From NCBI RefSeq assembly GCF_031769215.1, contig NW_026782491.1, positions 270,882 to 334,881 of the forward strand: a DNA stretch of 64,000 bases, given 5' to 3'. Source of the stretch: Ylistrum balloti. Lineage: Eukaryota. The notes under the pieces are model-generated. The model made no database searches, was not told the origin of the DNA, and saw nothing but the letters and a program-made list of their open reading frames with translations. Positions 13,481 through 26,716 of this stretch are shown in pieces (positions within the stretch are counted from its first letter, which is position 1; each line of letters opens with the position of its first letter). A program made the translations under genes and the position numbers.

Positions 13481-16400
13481 CTGGAAGTACTGTCTCGGAC
13501 ACCTTGACTTTTCCTGTCTTCCCCTTACGTTTGGCAATAAGCTGTTGGAGATTTTCTCGATCTTTGATAGATCCCAGTTTCATTTTCCATGTCTTAGGAA
13601 ACTTCTTCAATTTTGGCATAGTTGGAGACAGATCAGAAAGAACAGAATCTGTTTCAGTGCTACCTTTAGAAGACTTTGGCGTAGAAGAACCCTTAGGTGA
13701 GGAGAGTTCTAAGTTGAGGTCTGGGTCTGGTTTCACCAAGACTGCTGTTCTGTAAACTTTTGGTTGCATTCCTTTGTGATTACGTCGGAAATGCTGGACA
13801 GTGAGAGTTTTTGAGTGTGATTTGTACTTGCATTCTTTACAAACCCAGTTCACAGTGTCATGTGCTAACATCAGATGCTGACCTACACCACGCACTGTTG
13901 AAACATATGAACACTTAGGGCAACGGCCTTTCAACACTTTAGCCCTGTCTTCAGCGACAGGTGTCGTCACTGTACTTGTAATGTCTGGTGCTCCAGGTGA
14001 CTTGGAAGGTGAAGATTCTGAAGACACACTGTAATCATAGATGTCAGCCTTACCCGGAGCACGCTGCTTAGAGGGTGATGTTTGTCCTTGGAGTGACAAG
14101 GTCATAACTTTTCCCTCTATTCCTGGTGTAGTGTCTTCTTCTAGGTCTTTTAACAGACAGAAACTGCGCACTAAACTCACTGTTTTTCCTGGGTGATCCT
14201 CTTTGTAATGTGCAAGACCTTCAAATCTGTTCAGGGTGAAGTATGGACACTCAGTGCATGTGTACTTACACATTTTGTGTACCCAGAAGGCATGAAGTCT
14301 TACCCCATTGATGGACTTGGACTTGTATTCACACAGTGGACACTTAATCAGTTGTGGATCTTTGGCATTCCCCATTACCTTGCCCTGAGATTTAGCCTTG
14401 GCTAACTTTGAATATTTCTGACTATACTTCTTAACATAGTTTGTCATTCTGGCAGACTTTAAAAGGGTAGGTTTCTTCACCGAGTTACTAGAATTTTCAA
14501 CATTTTCTCCATTATCATCCTCTGTGGCACATAGGCAGTTTGCTCTCCCTGGACTGGCATTCATTCTCTTCTTCTTCCCATCTAGAGAACCTTCTTCCAC
14601 TGGACTTTTATCACAACCAGAATGTATAGCCGTTCTTTGTTCAGAAACAGTCCCTTTTGATAATAAATTGAGATTTTTCTTGTAAGGTCCTTTTACTAAA
14701 TCTATACTGTTCTTTTTTACGGAAGCTGGTCTTCCACGTTTGCGTTTCTCAGGACTCTGAGTGGAAGATAGTCCAGTTTCATTAAGATCCCTTTGCTCAT
14801 CCATTGTACTACTTGTACTACTGGTAGAAAGTAGCAAAGAGGAATTATTGGACATGGAACGGCTTTTGTTTTTCTTTGGTGGCATTGTAAGACTTTTTGT
14901 TCGTTTCACATATTTCCTTTTCACACGAGTGCCTGAGGCTGTAATGTTGTCCTGTCGCCTCTTCAGAGCTAGCAGACTATTGTTGATAGTCTCCTCTGTC
15001 AGAATACCAGTTTCACTGGCCACTTTTCTCTGTTTCTCCAAGCCCCCTGTTGCTGGGTCTGTAACACAATCAATCTTTCTCTTTCTTCCCACCTTTTTCC
15101 TCTCTGAGGAACCATCCCTTTCAGAACTTACATTTTCTTCTTCTTTCAAATCTGATTCAATTTTTTTCTTTTTGATTCCCAACAATTTATCTTCTTTTGG
15201 TGTATCATCAGAAATTTCAGATCCTCTCCTTGATTTTGTGACATATTGCTCAGATGATGTTCCTACAAGCTTCATTCTCATGTATTTCCGCTTTAAGGGA
15301 GCAATTCCACGACCCCTTGCAATTGCACGGCCTCTTCTTTTCTGTACTGGAACTGGCCAGGATGGGTCACCTTCAGATCCACTTAATTCACTTTCAGGAA
15401 CAGAATTATCTGTTGAAGACTGGTCAGTTTCCACATCAAAGCTCTTTGAAGTTCCTCGCCTCCTACCTCGTCCCCTACCAGCTTTAAAACCAAACGAAAA
15501 ATTCATGCTGCCTGCTTTGTTTGCTTTTGCCTCTGCAATTTGACCATGTGAAAGTTTTTGCCGGCGCACACCATTGTCTAAATTCAAAATTTCTCTGATG
15601 GTTTTTGTTCTTCCTTTCTTTTTCTTGTCTTCATTTTCAACAAGTTGTCTTGTTGGGTTTGCTTCTGTGACAGGAGGTTTGCTATGTGTGATTGAAGATT
15701 CAATTTTTGGTTGCTCCATGGTGTGCTGATGTACAGACATCTGCGTTGGTATCTGTGTTCGTATTTGAGCAGGTACTTGTATGGGAATCTGCATTGGCAT
15801 TTGCATTGGTACTGGGATAGCTATTCCCCCAAAAGTCTGAATAAGGTTTATACTACTCGTCTGAGTGGCTGTTTGAGCAGACATTACAGGCCCTGGATGA
15901 GGGAGAGCTACCAAAGGAGTAGGGCTTCTTTGACTTATCAATGGTGGATTTACATTAATACTACTGGTACTTATCTGTGGTGCAATTTCAGTATTAGAAC
16001 CAACAGGAAAGGATTCCAGCTCACTCTTTTTCTTTCTGCCTGGTCCTCGTCTTCTTGGCTCAGCAGGACTATTCCCAAAAGTATCATCTGCAGCTCGAAC
16101 AGTGGAGCCATCAGGATAAGTTACATACACCTGTTCTTTTGTTTCGGGAATTCTTATAACTTTTTTCCGTTTCCCTGTCTGCCTCTCTGACTCAGAAGAC
16201 TCATTTGTACCTTTTATGGAAGAATCCAGTTCCTTCTTCTCTATGAATTTCTTTGAAGATGTACTTTTGAAATGTTTGAACATGTCAAATGTGACAAGAG
16301 TACAGTCTTTGTACTTAGAAGGGTTCCGTAATGCTGCTTCTGAAGACTTTACCTTGCCTTCAAGACCAATACACATATCCAGATACTTATCTAAAGCCTT

Positions 16401-17942
16401 GTCCTTTTCATCTTCTGGAGTAAACTCAAAGTTTTCAAATCCACTATGTCTTTTCTTGTTATGAAAATTGAGCGTAGATTTATCTGTGAATTTGCCACCA
16501 CATAAATTACACAGGTAAGGTTTGTATTCAATGTTAATAGAAGCATGTCTACGTAGGTTAGTTTTGATGGGAGTGTTGTACTTACATCCCTTACACTTGT
16601 ACGACCTATAGAGTCCAGTGCCTCGACTGTATCGATCTGGAGTGGACAAATTAGAACAATCAGTGCTGACTGAATCTTCCAATATAGAAGTATCAGATAT
16701 ATTCAGCTCAGGATCATCTTTGCTTTCCTCAATCAACAGTCTGTCGCCACTTTCACATTCGTCCTCAGGACTCGGTGCTGGCACTGTTTTTTCATCTGGT
16801 GTTGAAAGGTTACTTATGTCATTTGTCGGCTTTGTGACTAAAGACAATGGTTCTATTTGTACATCTGGCATTGTTTGTTCTTGACCTGTAGTATCAGACA
16901 GTGTTTTAGGTGAAGTAGCTCTTTGCATTCTACTTTGCTTTGGAGTTTTTACATCATCTTTTAGAATATTATCTTCCTCAGAAGCTTGTGTTTCACAAGC
17001 ATTATCATCTTCATCGTTTACTGATTGTTTTTTCAAAGTTTTTTCGGTTTCTTCATCAGTCTCCATAACTGATGTTTTGTCATTTTTCACTTCCTCTTTA
17101 GTTGGTTTGTTTTTGTCTTCTGTACACAATGTTTCAGATTCAGATTCTATTACTTGATTGACTTCCTCTATTGGACTGCTTCTTTTCTTGTCTTTACAAG
17201 TTCCTTCCTGAGTTACAATGTTTTCTAGTTGCTGCGGTGATGATGTTTTCTCTTCCACATCTGTCAAATTTTCAGTGATTTCTCCTTCTGTACCCTCTTT
17301 CTGCGATGAAATTTTAGATGTTTCCATTTGTGATGTCACTTCCTGTTCACTTTGTGGTGTCACTTCCAATTTTGTTTGCAATGTTCCTTCCTCTGTTTCC
17401 AATGATAATGCCTCTAATGTGTTCTCTTTTTGTACAGATGTCACATCATGTTGTGTTGGTGATGCAACATCGTCTTTTTGTGGTTTTGATGTATCTATCT
17501 GTTCATTACTTGTTCCTTTGTTAATAACTGCTGACATGCTTTGCTTAGAGTTTTGATCATTTGAGTCCTTTTCAGTTTTTGTCACATCAGATGAACAGGG
17601 ACCAGGTTCTTTGAGTTCTTCATTTACATTTTCATCTTCTGTGGTCTTCTCAGGTGTCAATGTAAGTTCACTGCTTTGTTTCAGGTTTTCATCTTTTTTC
17701 TGATCTGATTCAGTTTTTCCCTCCTGGTTTTCATGGTTGTTTTCTGTCTCTTTTTCCTTATCTTCGGACTTTGTTTCTTTACTTTCTGTAATAGCACTGC
17801 AACCTTGGTCAGTTTCAATGTTTTCAGAGGCTGAAGCATCCGAGACAGGTTCAGTCTCATCTTTGGCATCATCAGCTGTCTTTTCGGCGTTGATACTGGA
17901 TGTAGCCATACTATTCAGTGCATCAGCAGGTAGATTGGACAT
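13481..17942 (-). CDS. Large first coding exon of a multi-C2H2 zinc-finger / AT-hook nuclear protein. ATG is at 17942. The exon ends in phase 1 at the donor CCAG|GTAAGT (donor GT at 13480-13479).
   Basis: The exon holds 1487 complete codons with no stop and ends in one extra nucleotide (phase 1). C2H2 fingers were read from the translation: YLCNLCGGKFTDKSTLNFHNKKRH, IKCPLCEYKSKSINGVRLHAFWVH, YTCTECPYFTLNRFEGLAHYKEDH, GRCPKCSYVSTVRGVGQHLMLAH, WVCKECKYKSHSKTLTVQHFRRNH (C-X2-C-X11-12-H-X4-H). AT-hook-like motifs present: KRKRGRPASVKK, RRRGPGRKKK, GRGRGRRRG. Long acidic and Ser/Thr-rich low-complexity tracts. The ORF-track stop at 13473 lies inside the intron, after a perfect GTAAGT donor. An acceptor (ttgttaacttttttag) lies ~22 nt upstream of the ATG, so the 5'UTR is spliced. 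Confidence 0.8.
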
Positions 17943-20900
17943 CTGGCTCCTTCAATGGTCAACTAAAAAAGTTAACAAAAATATATTTTAATCAGAGTTC
18001 CAACACATGCGACATTACACAGTATATAAAGGTTATTTTCTATGGGTTCATTATATTGTTATTTAGGCGGAAGTAATAAATTTGTGAAAATAGATACATT
18101 GTAACTTGATAATGAAATCGGTAGAGACAAGTCTACAACTATATGCTCCCTCGAAAACTTTTGGAGAGCAAAAAAATAATAATTGATCGCCTGAATTCCT
18201 TCCAAAAATAATGATACATCTCATGCTTTTAGTGATAAAAGAAAAAACTTGAACCATTGGAAAACAACCTTTAGATGCAGTATTCAGGTAACAAATTTTA
18301 AATGTGTACATGTAGAATGTACAAGTTATGCCTTCGACATACTGGAGCACTAATTGACAGACTGACTCACACACTCACAACCTAAAAAACCTACAGTTCC
18401 TTTTTGTGATAGCTGAATACTGAATAGTACCAGTGGTTTAGTGCAGAAAACTGTATTTTAGACATTTGGATGAGAAAATGGATTTATTTCAATTTCCGTC
18501 AAGTATTTTTTTTCCATTCATAAACAGTACATAAATGTAACATTGCTATGTTTTTTGTCTTTATATGAAGCAATGGATTTTATATTCTGGAGCTTCGTCC
18601 GAAATCAGTTTCCATGATACATAGGTTGACAGTTGCTGGAACTTAAAGAAAGAAAATGTTTCAATAGAGCCAGGTTGAAGACGAATGTGGAAAAATTTAC
18701 AGCTTGCTTTCATAATATCACCTGATTACATGCAATATAGAAATTATGTTTATGTTAATTTGTACTTCTGTTTGTTTTATTGTAGTTATACTGTGTCATA
18801 TTTTGAACATGTGACATCTTTCTAATTGACTTGGACTTTTATCAGAGGATGTTTACTCTTCCAAAACAACCTGTCCATACATCTTTTTTCAAAGGGCTTC
18901 TGTATTAATATTTATTAAATGTTCTAACGCTATTTTATTGATTCTGAGTGAAAATTGCAATTTTGTTTACATGTCAATTATGTTTAATTTTTCATTTTAT
19001 TCACTTATCAAAAAAAATTATTTCCTGTCTAGAATGAAAACAATCTAGGCATATCAACTACCCAAAAGACCCCCCTTTTTTTTTTTACAAAAACACATTA
19101 ATTGTAACATCACAAAGCAGTTTTTTTTTGTGAAATTATTTGGATTTTAACCAAATTCCCTACTTTCAGGAACACTGATTGATTTTTAAAAAAATCATGG
19201 AGAGATTGATACTAACATGTAAGTTTGGCATCTCCAAAATGTTCCTGCAATTTTACAAATTGAATTTTTGTAAACTGGAAAATATTACTCTGTATCATCA
19301 ATGCATGGCTTAGTTTCTTTTTCTTAATGAAAGAAAATAAACTTGAGTTTGAAGAATCTAAGCTGGAATCAATGAAAAATACCAGCAGAAAAAATGAGTA
19401 TGTAGAATGTGAATTGGGTCTTCTGCTACAGATCATTTTATATCTGAATTGTCTCATTGAACTGAAAAAATTACCCTTCTGAGACATCTACCTCCTTTTT
19501 CTGATGGATTAATCATGTTTTTAAATTATAATCAATAGTTTAGTGTTAGTGATACCAGTCTAGATGTGTCAGAGAGCCATGTGAATGCCTCCATCAGCTA
19601 CCAATAAGATACTACTTTCTAAATTTGAACATTACCAGATTATCATTGTTCACATAACAAAATATATAACAACAAGTGTAACACTATATGTCCCATGATT
19701 GGGCAATAGAAATCTGGATTTTCCCTACAAATACCAAAAGGAATGTATACAATTTATCGACAGACATATCATGATGAGTGTGGATCATTGTAGAGATATA
19801 ACTTCAAATTCAAGGAGTTAACACTGAATACATTAATTAAATACAGTGTTGACAGAGTAAATATCAGTAAGTACATTTTACATTCATGTGTACCATGAAT
19901 CTTGCAAGAACAATGAAAGTACAATAAAATAAGATATAATTTCTATGGATTGTCTATTAATTCTGACAGTAAATGAATTTAAGTTATCACAAAATTTTAT
20001 AGTCGATTGCAAGCATGCCATATACAAATTTAAATTTACATTCAACTGTAGCTATCTTTCAAGAACTGTATCATAATTGTCATGAAAAAATTGTTAAATG
20101 TTATCAAATAATGAAAAGTTAAATTACAAAATTTTCATTTCAACTATTACACAAATGTACAATACAGTCCTGCCCTTATTCTGAAAATTGTTCTAAATTA
20201 TTTATATGTCACAATATACTTAGCTAGTATATACTTACTTCATTCTTGTTTTATTTTCTTCATTTTCTCAAATTTCATTTCAAGTGTCTAATTTCAAAAT
20301 TTGTTTAATTTGTCATTTGGCTTTGGAACTCATGTGAAAGACAGGAGATATCTTTTTCTTGCTGAGTGCTAAGGCAGAATTCAAACTGTGGTCTCTAGTG
20401 TAGTAACATGATATTACAAACTAGGAGAAAAAGAACATACTCTTTCAACTGAGTGACAAATCGTACATATTTAACAGCACTTAATACAAGTCACAACAAC
20501 CTGCTCCATTTACTCTACACGAATTACATGTTGAGATAGTAATGTTGAAACTGTGTTGAATTATATTGTGTAACTTTAAGTAACAAAATATGCTTGAATA
20601 GTTATACAGCAAATATTCATATCAAAATATACCAATTTAAGTTTTAGATTTTACTGGCACTGGGCTGACCATTTGACTAAACATTTTCCTTAATCATCAT
20701 GGATCATGTGCTTGTTACCACTATTGGTCTGAAAGTCAGGCACTATACATAGGCTTTAATGTCGATGTCACCTTTACATTCATTTATTATTTGTTTGTAT
20801 AAGTATACAGCAGTACACATCCATTATCCATGCCTTCTTAACCCTTTAGAAAATGCTATTAACATGACTTGGCTGCTGAGATATACATTATGTATATATA

Positions 20901-22515
20901 CAACACAAAACATGATGAATCACCATATAGATATACATTATTTACAGAGTTACCTAGAAATACATACATATGTACATTTTGTAGTTTTTATCAGAAAAAT
21001 ATGTGCAGCTGACAAAGAGATAATTTTTATGTAAATTGAGCACAACTATATCTTCCTATTTCAATATAATTTAAACAATATTCAATTAAGTTCTTAATCC
21101 CTTCCCCAACCCCTTTTTTAATACAGGCTATACAGGTTCCCCCCCCCCCTCTCCCCGCCCTCCTATAGAGCCTTTTTATCACATATTGGTAAAGAAATCT
21201 ATTTATCGAAAAGGAACTTTTAAGGAGTGCACTTATGAAATCATTTTAACTGCGAAGAGGGTATATATATGTATATATATACACGTTATCCTACCGGTAT
21301 GTATAATTTTTCCACTAAAGAATGCACAATCATCAAAAGACTGCTAAATTATTCACTATTAAATCAAGAATATGGAAGAAGAAAAGGAGTTATTTTAAGA
21401 TACTCATCTAAATTTCCCTTTGTCCTAGAAATTACTATTAACATGCACACTGTGCTTAGAGATTTGAAAAATCTGTATGTCATACTTTCAATACAATAAC
21501 ATTCATGTTCCAGTATATATCAGCTGTCAATATAAACAAAATCCTGAATAGTAAATTATTCATACATATACATATTAACTAGGTAGACATAGACATCAAG
21601 ACATTGTTTACGTGTGGTAACTTATATGTGCACATATAATGTTAACACATACTACATAACATGTTGCAGTATATAATACCTACATTGATTACATGCTACA
21701 TGAATGTAGATTAGCTTACAGCATGTGTAGTTGTTTACTTACCAGTCTGCCTACATATTCCCTGTTATTGTGTACATTATGTAACATTATCAGTCAGTAG
21801 AACAACTGTATGATTGGTCTCTTTTGCAGAAATACAACAATAGCTGAAAGTAAGTCAGCATATCAATGAACGTATTGATTGCCTAGGGCAATTGACATAA
21901 GGCTGGAAGAAGCCTGCATTGTTATGTTAACTGTTATAGACATCATTTCTAGAACTAATATAATATTTACACTAATCAATATGGCCTGCTTGTGCAGAAT
22001 GCAGTACAAAGCATTTAATGCTCTATAACATTATGAAGGACATGTAAAGACATACCATGTATCAAATTGCACACCCGATACTTGGTGTTAGCTTTACATG
22101 CAAATACATGCACATACGTAATAATGTTTGTAATAACAAACATATGATCACCAATGTGTTTAACACTGGGCCGTTTACCACAAAGCTAAAAATCATCCAC
22201 CCGAGAACATCGTATCATGTTAACAATCTATAAATACCGTCGTTACATAATATGCATTTAAGAAACTGCTGTGAGTGTATGCATAGTGCAATTATTCTAT
22301 TATCTAAGTCGAAAATTGTATATCCATGTATCAACGACGCGTAAGGTCATGCCTGATCGCAACTCTATATTGTTTACAAGTAAAATTTGTAAGAGCGGAA
22401 GTGGTCAATGACTGAAGTTTATAACCCAGACACACATTTTTATACATGCGGTGTCAAACCACTTTCGGTGTCTCAGCAGAACACTCCAGTGTGATCACCA
22501 TTATTTCATATTTAC

Positions 22516-22720
22516 CTGATAAAGCCTTGCATAGTTGCTGACGTTCAGAACGTGTTCGCCGACGAGCGTCTCTTCGTGATTGTGTATTGTGATAATTTAA
22601 GCACTTTTCTGATCCAGATGAGTTTATGTGCAGCATCAACATAAGGCTCTTTATTCTGACGATGAAAACTCGCAGATGACCCAGAAAGAGGGAGATAACC
22701 CAATGTATTTTGGCGGAAAT
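22516..22720 (-). promoter_or_regulatory. Candidate 5' noncoding first exon and promoter of the zinc-finger gene. A minus-strand donor CAG|GTAAAT sits at 22515-22514. The region is unusually CpG-containing (cgccgacgagcgtctcttcg).
   Basis: A splice donor was seen on the minus strand, in the right orientation and upstream of the spliced start-codon exon at ~17965. Local CpG density is well above the surrounding AT-rich sequence. There is no coding potential. Assignment to this gene is an inference. Confidence 0.25.
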
Positions 22721-24417
22721 TTTCAATAGGTAGCTGTTAAATCCAACAATTCATTAAAAGATAACATTTGTACATAACCACTTATCACAACGCTCACAAA
22801 GATTGGTCATTATGAATAGTACTTAATTATTCATATATTCAAGTATATTCTTCATATTTTTTTCCTTCAAAAAGACACATTATATTAGATACGTATCTGA
22901 TTATATAGATGATTAAACTTGTTTCAAATTTTCAGCAATGCAATACAATACTTTGCAAATAGTGCAAACAAAAGTGTCCAAGAGACCGTGATAGACATAA
23001 TATATTTTAGTTTAAAATGTATACAAATTTCCTCGATAACTTGAGAGAGAGAAGTAGTCATAAAAAATGAAGTACACGATGTTAATTCAAAATCAGCCAT
23101 CTATGACTAAAAAGTACAGAAGCATGTACACTTATCAAAGGTAGATATACTTAGTATAAAATAATATTGATACTTAATATATAATATCGACATGTTAATC
23201 ATACCTTGCCCCCTCTAACAATTGATAAAGTATGAAAAATCTAGACCAAAAGAAAAAAAAAATAAACTAGACCTTCCGGAAAATACGCTTAGCTTCGTCA
23301 ACAATCAGCTCGCAATGAAGATCAACGGAACCACTAAATGAAGTAATATGCATCTAACTTCACAAAACGAAATACAACGTAGTAGCTTACCCAGTGAGAT
23401 CAGGTTGTCAACATTAAAAACTTCATAATTGTTCGTTAATCTAACTCTCGAAACCTGTTAGCTGTTGATCTTTCACTTAAATCACGATATTGGAAGCATA
23501 TGAGACAGCATATCGAATCAACTATTGCTGAAAAATGTAAACATAACACTATGATGATGATGATGAAGAAAAAGACCGATCTTACGATTGTAAATTTATC
23601 CATTAGATAAATGTAACCCAAGAGGAAATAGGCTGGAGGCTGGAAGGATATGGTCACTTTAGGTCACAACATAAAAAAACTTTTCATTAATTACATCAGA
23701 GACATATATAATGTAATATATACGTCTCTGATTACATCAAAGCTGAAAGTTCAAAGGTCATAAGTGTCATGGTTTGGGTTGTATGACCCGCCCATCGCCC
23801 CACTCCCCCACCCTACCCTACTCTGAACAATTCTTATTAAATACCTTCCATTTCATTTGAAGTTTTACTTATCACTCTATTTGAGTTATTCAAGGTATTG
23901 AACATAGAGTGTTGAAATAACATACAAATTTATGACAGGAAATTTGACTGGTTGTTCAGTAATCCAAGGGGAGACAACTCATTTAAGAAGGCAAAGTTAC
24001 GAAAATTATACATTAATGTATATATTTGTAATACAATAACTTTTTGACGTCTTGAGTTAAATATAGGTATCTGATCTATCTCACAAAAAGAGAGATATTG
24101 TTAAACATAAACGATCGTTTTTAAGAATATTTTTTAGGTCATCATTCAATTCCATTCAGAATGATAAACACGCCCCCTCCTGTTTTAGGGCGTTATCTGT
24201 TATATGAATTTTAGAATCAAATACTAGTATGAATCGGACATTACAGTAAATTCACTTTCCAAACCAATTCCTCAGAAACCTTTCACTAATACCCTTCACG
24301 GATAGAATATTGTTGTTTACCAAAATTAGGAAATTCGTTATTATTTCATCATTCTTACTTACTTCTGAAATCTTGAACTCTGACGTATCGAGCGCGTGAT
24401 ATGATTCTAGTTATATT

Positions 24418-24625
24418 GAGTACCAGGCGTAGTAAAGACGTCAAATCTTGAGTCCCGGGCATAGTAAAGATTTAAGATCTATGTCGAAGGCATAGAACTG
24501 TTGCCCAATCTACGAACCACGTCATAGTAAAAGTGTCAAATATTGTTTCCTTGAAATCGTAAAGACGCATTATCTTTAGTCCCAAACATACTAAAGACGC
24601 CAAATCCTCAGGCCCAGACTGATAT
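24418..24625. repeat. Degenerate minisatellite of ~31-bp units (…CATAGTAAAGACGTCAAATCTTGAGTCCCGGG…), ~6.5 diverged copies
   Basis: Recurring motifs GTAAAGACG / CATAGTAAAG / CAAAT recur at ~31-bp spacing. Confidence 0.55.
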
Positions 24626-24767
24626 AAAAAAATTTGGAAATTTCATTATGGTCAATTACATATGTAATTCATTTGCTTGGTTGTTGTAACATCATTCTAT
24701 GTTCTTAATTTTCAAGTCCAATGCAATGAAGCACGCCCACATAATTAAAACTTCTTTAGTAAAGTGA

Positions 24768-24770
<3 letters not shown>

Positions 24771-24840
<70 letters not shown>
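24771..24840. repeat. (AAAT)n microsatellite, ~17 units
   Basis: Direct reading of the sequence. Confidence 0.95.
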
Positions 24841-26149
24841 AACATTAAAATAAACTCCAGCGATTGTTGATATTCACATTCGGTGAACTATTATGTTTTG
24901 GTTATAACTTTGCCGCTATGTGGAGATGTCGTTTATATTTTATTATTAATTTCCTTAATTGCGTATAAAATCCTTTACTTCATATCTGATTAATATAAGT
25001 TATCAATTGTACTTTAATCAGAAAACAACTTAACTATTTACTATATATAAACAGTAGTCGGTCTTATTGCCTCCACGACACACGTACATTGATGTTGTGT
25101 TTACCTATAAAATGACACAACTAATTTTTAACTCAATTTTGTCAAAGTTATATCAATGTGTTGGAAAGTTACTATACTTGAGAGTCAGTGACATACATTT
25201 GGAGATATATTTATAAAAATGCATTTATTTCACACTGAAGTTGTCAAAATAATCGTTTTGTTAAAAATTTGGTAAGACTATGAAGAAGATTCATGTGTAA
25301 GTTTCAACTTAAAAAAATGGCACAACTAATTTTCATCTAAATATTTTAAAAGATGATATGTTTGTAACTAAGAAGTGTAAAATTTACTGATCCGAGGTAT
25401 ACATTTTGGAATGTTTATTTACAAAACGATATATTTGTATTTTTCTGAAATGCTGTTATAATTTCTATAGCAAAAAAAGACTTTACGAATGAAATTGACG
25501 AATTTCATATCTTAGATACAAAAAGAAACTGAAGATTAATTTGACCACATGATTATTTAGGCGTATATTGCAGAAAAGTGACATTTTCATGTCCAAAATT
25601 CATTTTGACGTCGCATGGGTTATATAACATATGAGTAATATAACTCGTATATTAACTGTTAGTAATAAAAGTGGAAATCATCTATTTCACCGTTGTTGTA
25701 TATTTGTATGCTGATAGGTTTGATAACAGTCTGAACCACAGGGCATTTATTTTTACGGATATATATGATGAAATTATAAAAACGTTTTGAAAAACTAATA
25801 AAGAAAAAACAATTACTTTTAACAAATTGATTTATAAGTTTCAGTTATGGAAGTTTACAAGGAAACAGTCACTTTTAAAAAAATATTTAAAAAAATTCAC
25901 AAATATAAATGACCTGATATCACATCCTAATTTTTTTTCACAAGTTGTGTAAATATCAAATAATCCTTTTATACCCTGCTCAGTTGTGTAAGTTAACAAA
26001 GCTTCTAACTGTGTTTTTTGTGTGTATATCGTCAAAAATGTCTGATGAAATACTCTTCCGTCTTAAGAAAGAACGTAATTGAAACTACGTCGCAAAGTAA
26101 AACTTTATCATTCATATATTTAGACACGGGGTTCTTTACACGAGTTGTC

Positions 26150-26286
26150 TCCCTTCTCCCGTAACCGGTCATCGATAAGAATAGAAGTAACGTGATTGGT
26201 CAGATGAAAGTTCACACCCCACCTGCCGGCCTGCAGGATCTTGCTCAACATTGAGAAACTCAGAACTGTGCTGACGCAGCTTGAAG
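26150..26286 (+). promoter_or_regulatory. Candidate noncoding first exon and core promoter of the MVP gene. A donor GAACAG|GTAAGC sits at 26287. An inverted CCAAT box (GTGATTGG) lies at ~26201. The flank is CpG-containing.
   Basis: MVP coding exon 1 begins with a spliced 5'UTR (acceptor tttctgttacag at 30703-30714, 8 nt before the ATG), so an upstream noncoding exon must exist. This is the only good plus-strand donor in a CpG-enriched patch between the two divergent genes. The assignment is an inference. Confidence 0.3.
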
Positions 26287-26688
26287 AACAGGTAAGCGTT
26301 AATTTGATTGGTTTTAAACACGTAAATCGAGGTGTTTCAACGAAGCTTATATTGTTTATGAAAGTAAATACATTTCTTGTTAATGACAGTCTGTGATTAT
26401 GTTTGGAAAATCGTTTGTAAAATGTGCAAAGTGCATAGTTTACTTCCGCTTTATCGATCGGACGGACATGTTTATTGACGTAAACTTGGAAACGCATCAA
26501 CATTACAGCAGTAATTATACAATGTCAGCAATTATCGTGAACGTGTTATGATTAATTGTTATTTAACTATTGTGGCAAATTATTAAATGATAGAATTTAT
26601 CACCGGTTGGTGTGGCTGCATTAAAATATAGTTACAGTTACTGCGCACAACGCCAGTGGCATACATACAGGTAATTTTTGTTGCCAAA

Positions 26689-26716
26689 CCTTCCCCCCCC
26701 CCCCCCCCCCCCCAAG
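26689..26716. repeat. C27 homopolymer (G27 on the minus strand)
   Basis: Direct reading of the sequence. Confidence 0.9.

Noticed and set aside
14761-15543. 260-aa plus-strand ORF, and other plus-strand ORFs between 13450 and 17991
   Set aside because: They are antisense to the 4.46-kb zinc-finger coding exon. They are low-complexity, serine/leucine-rich shadow ORFs.
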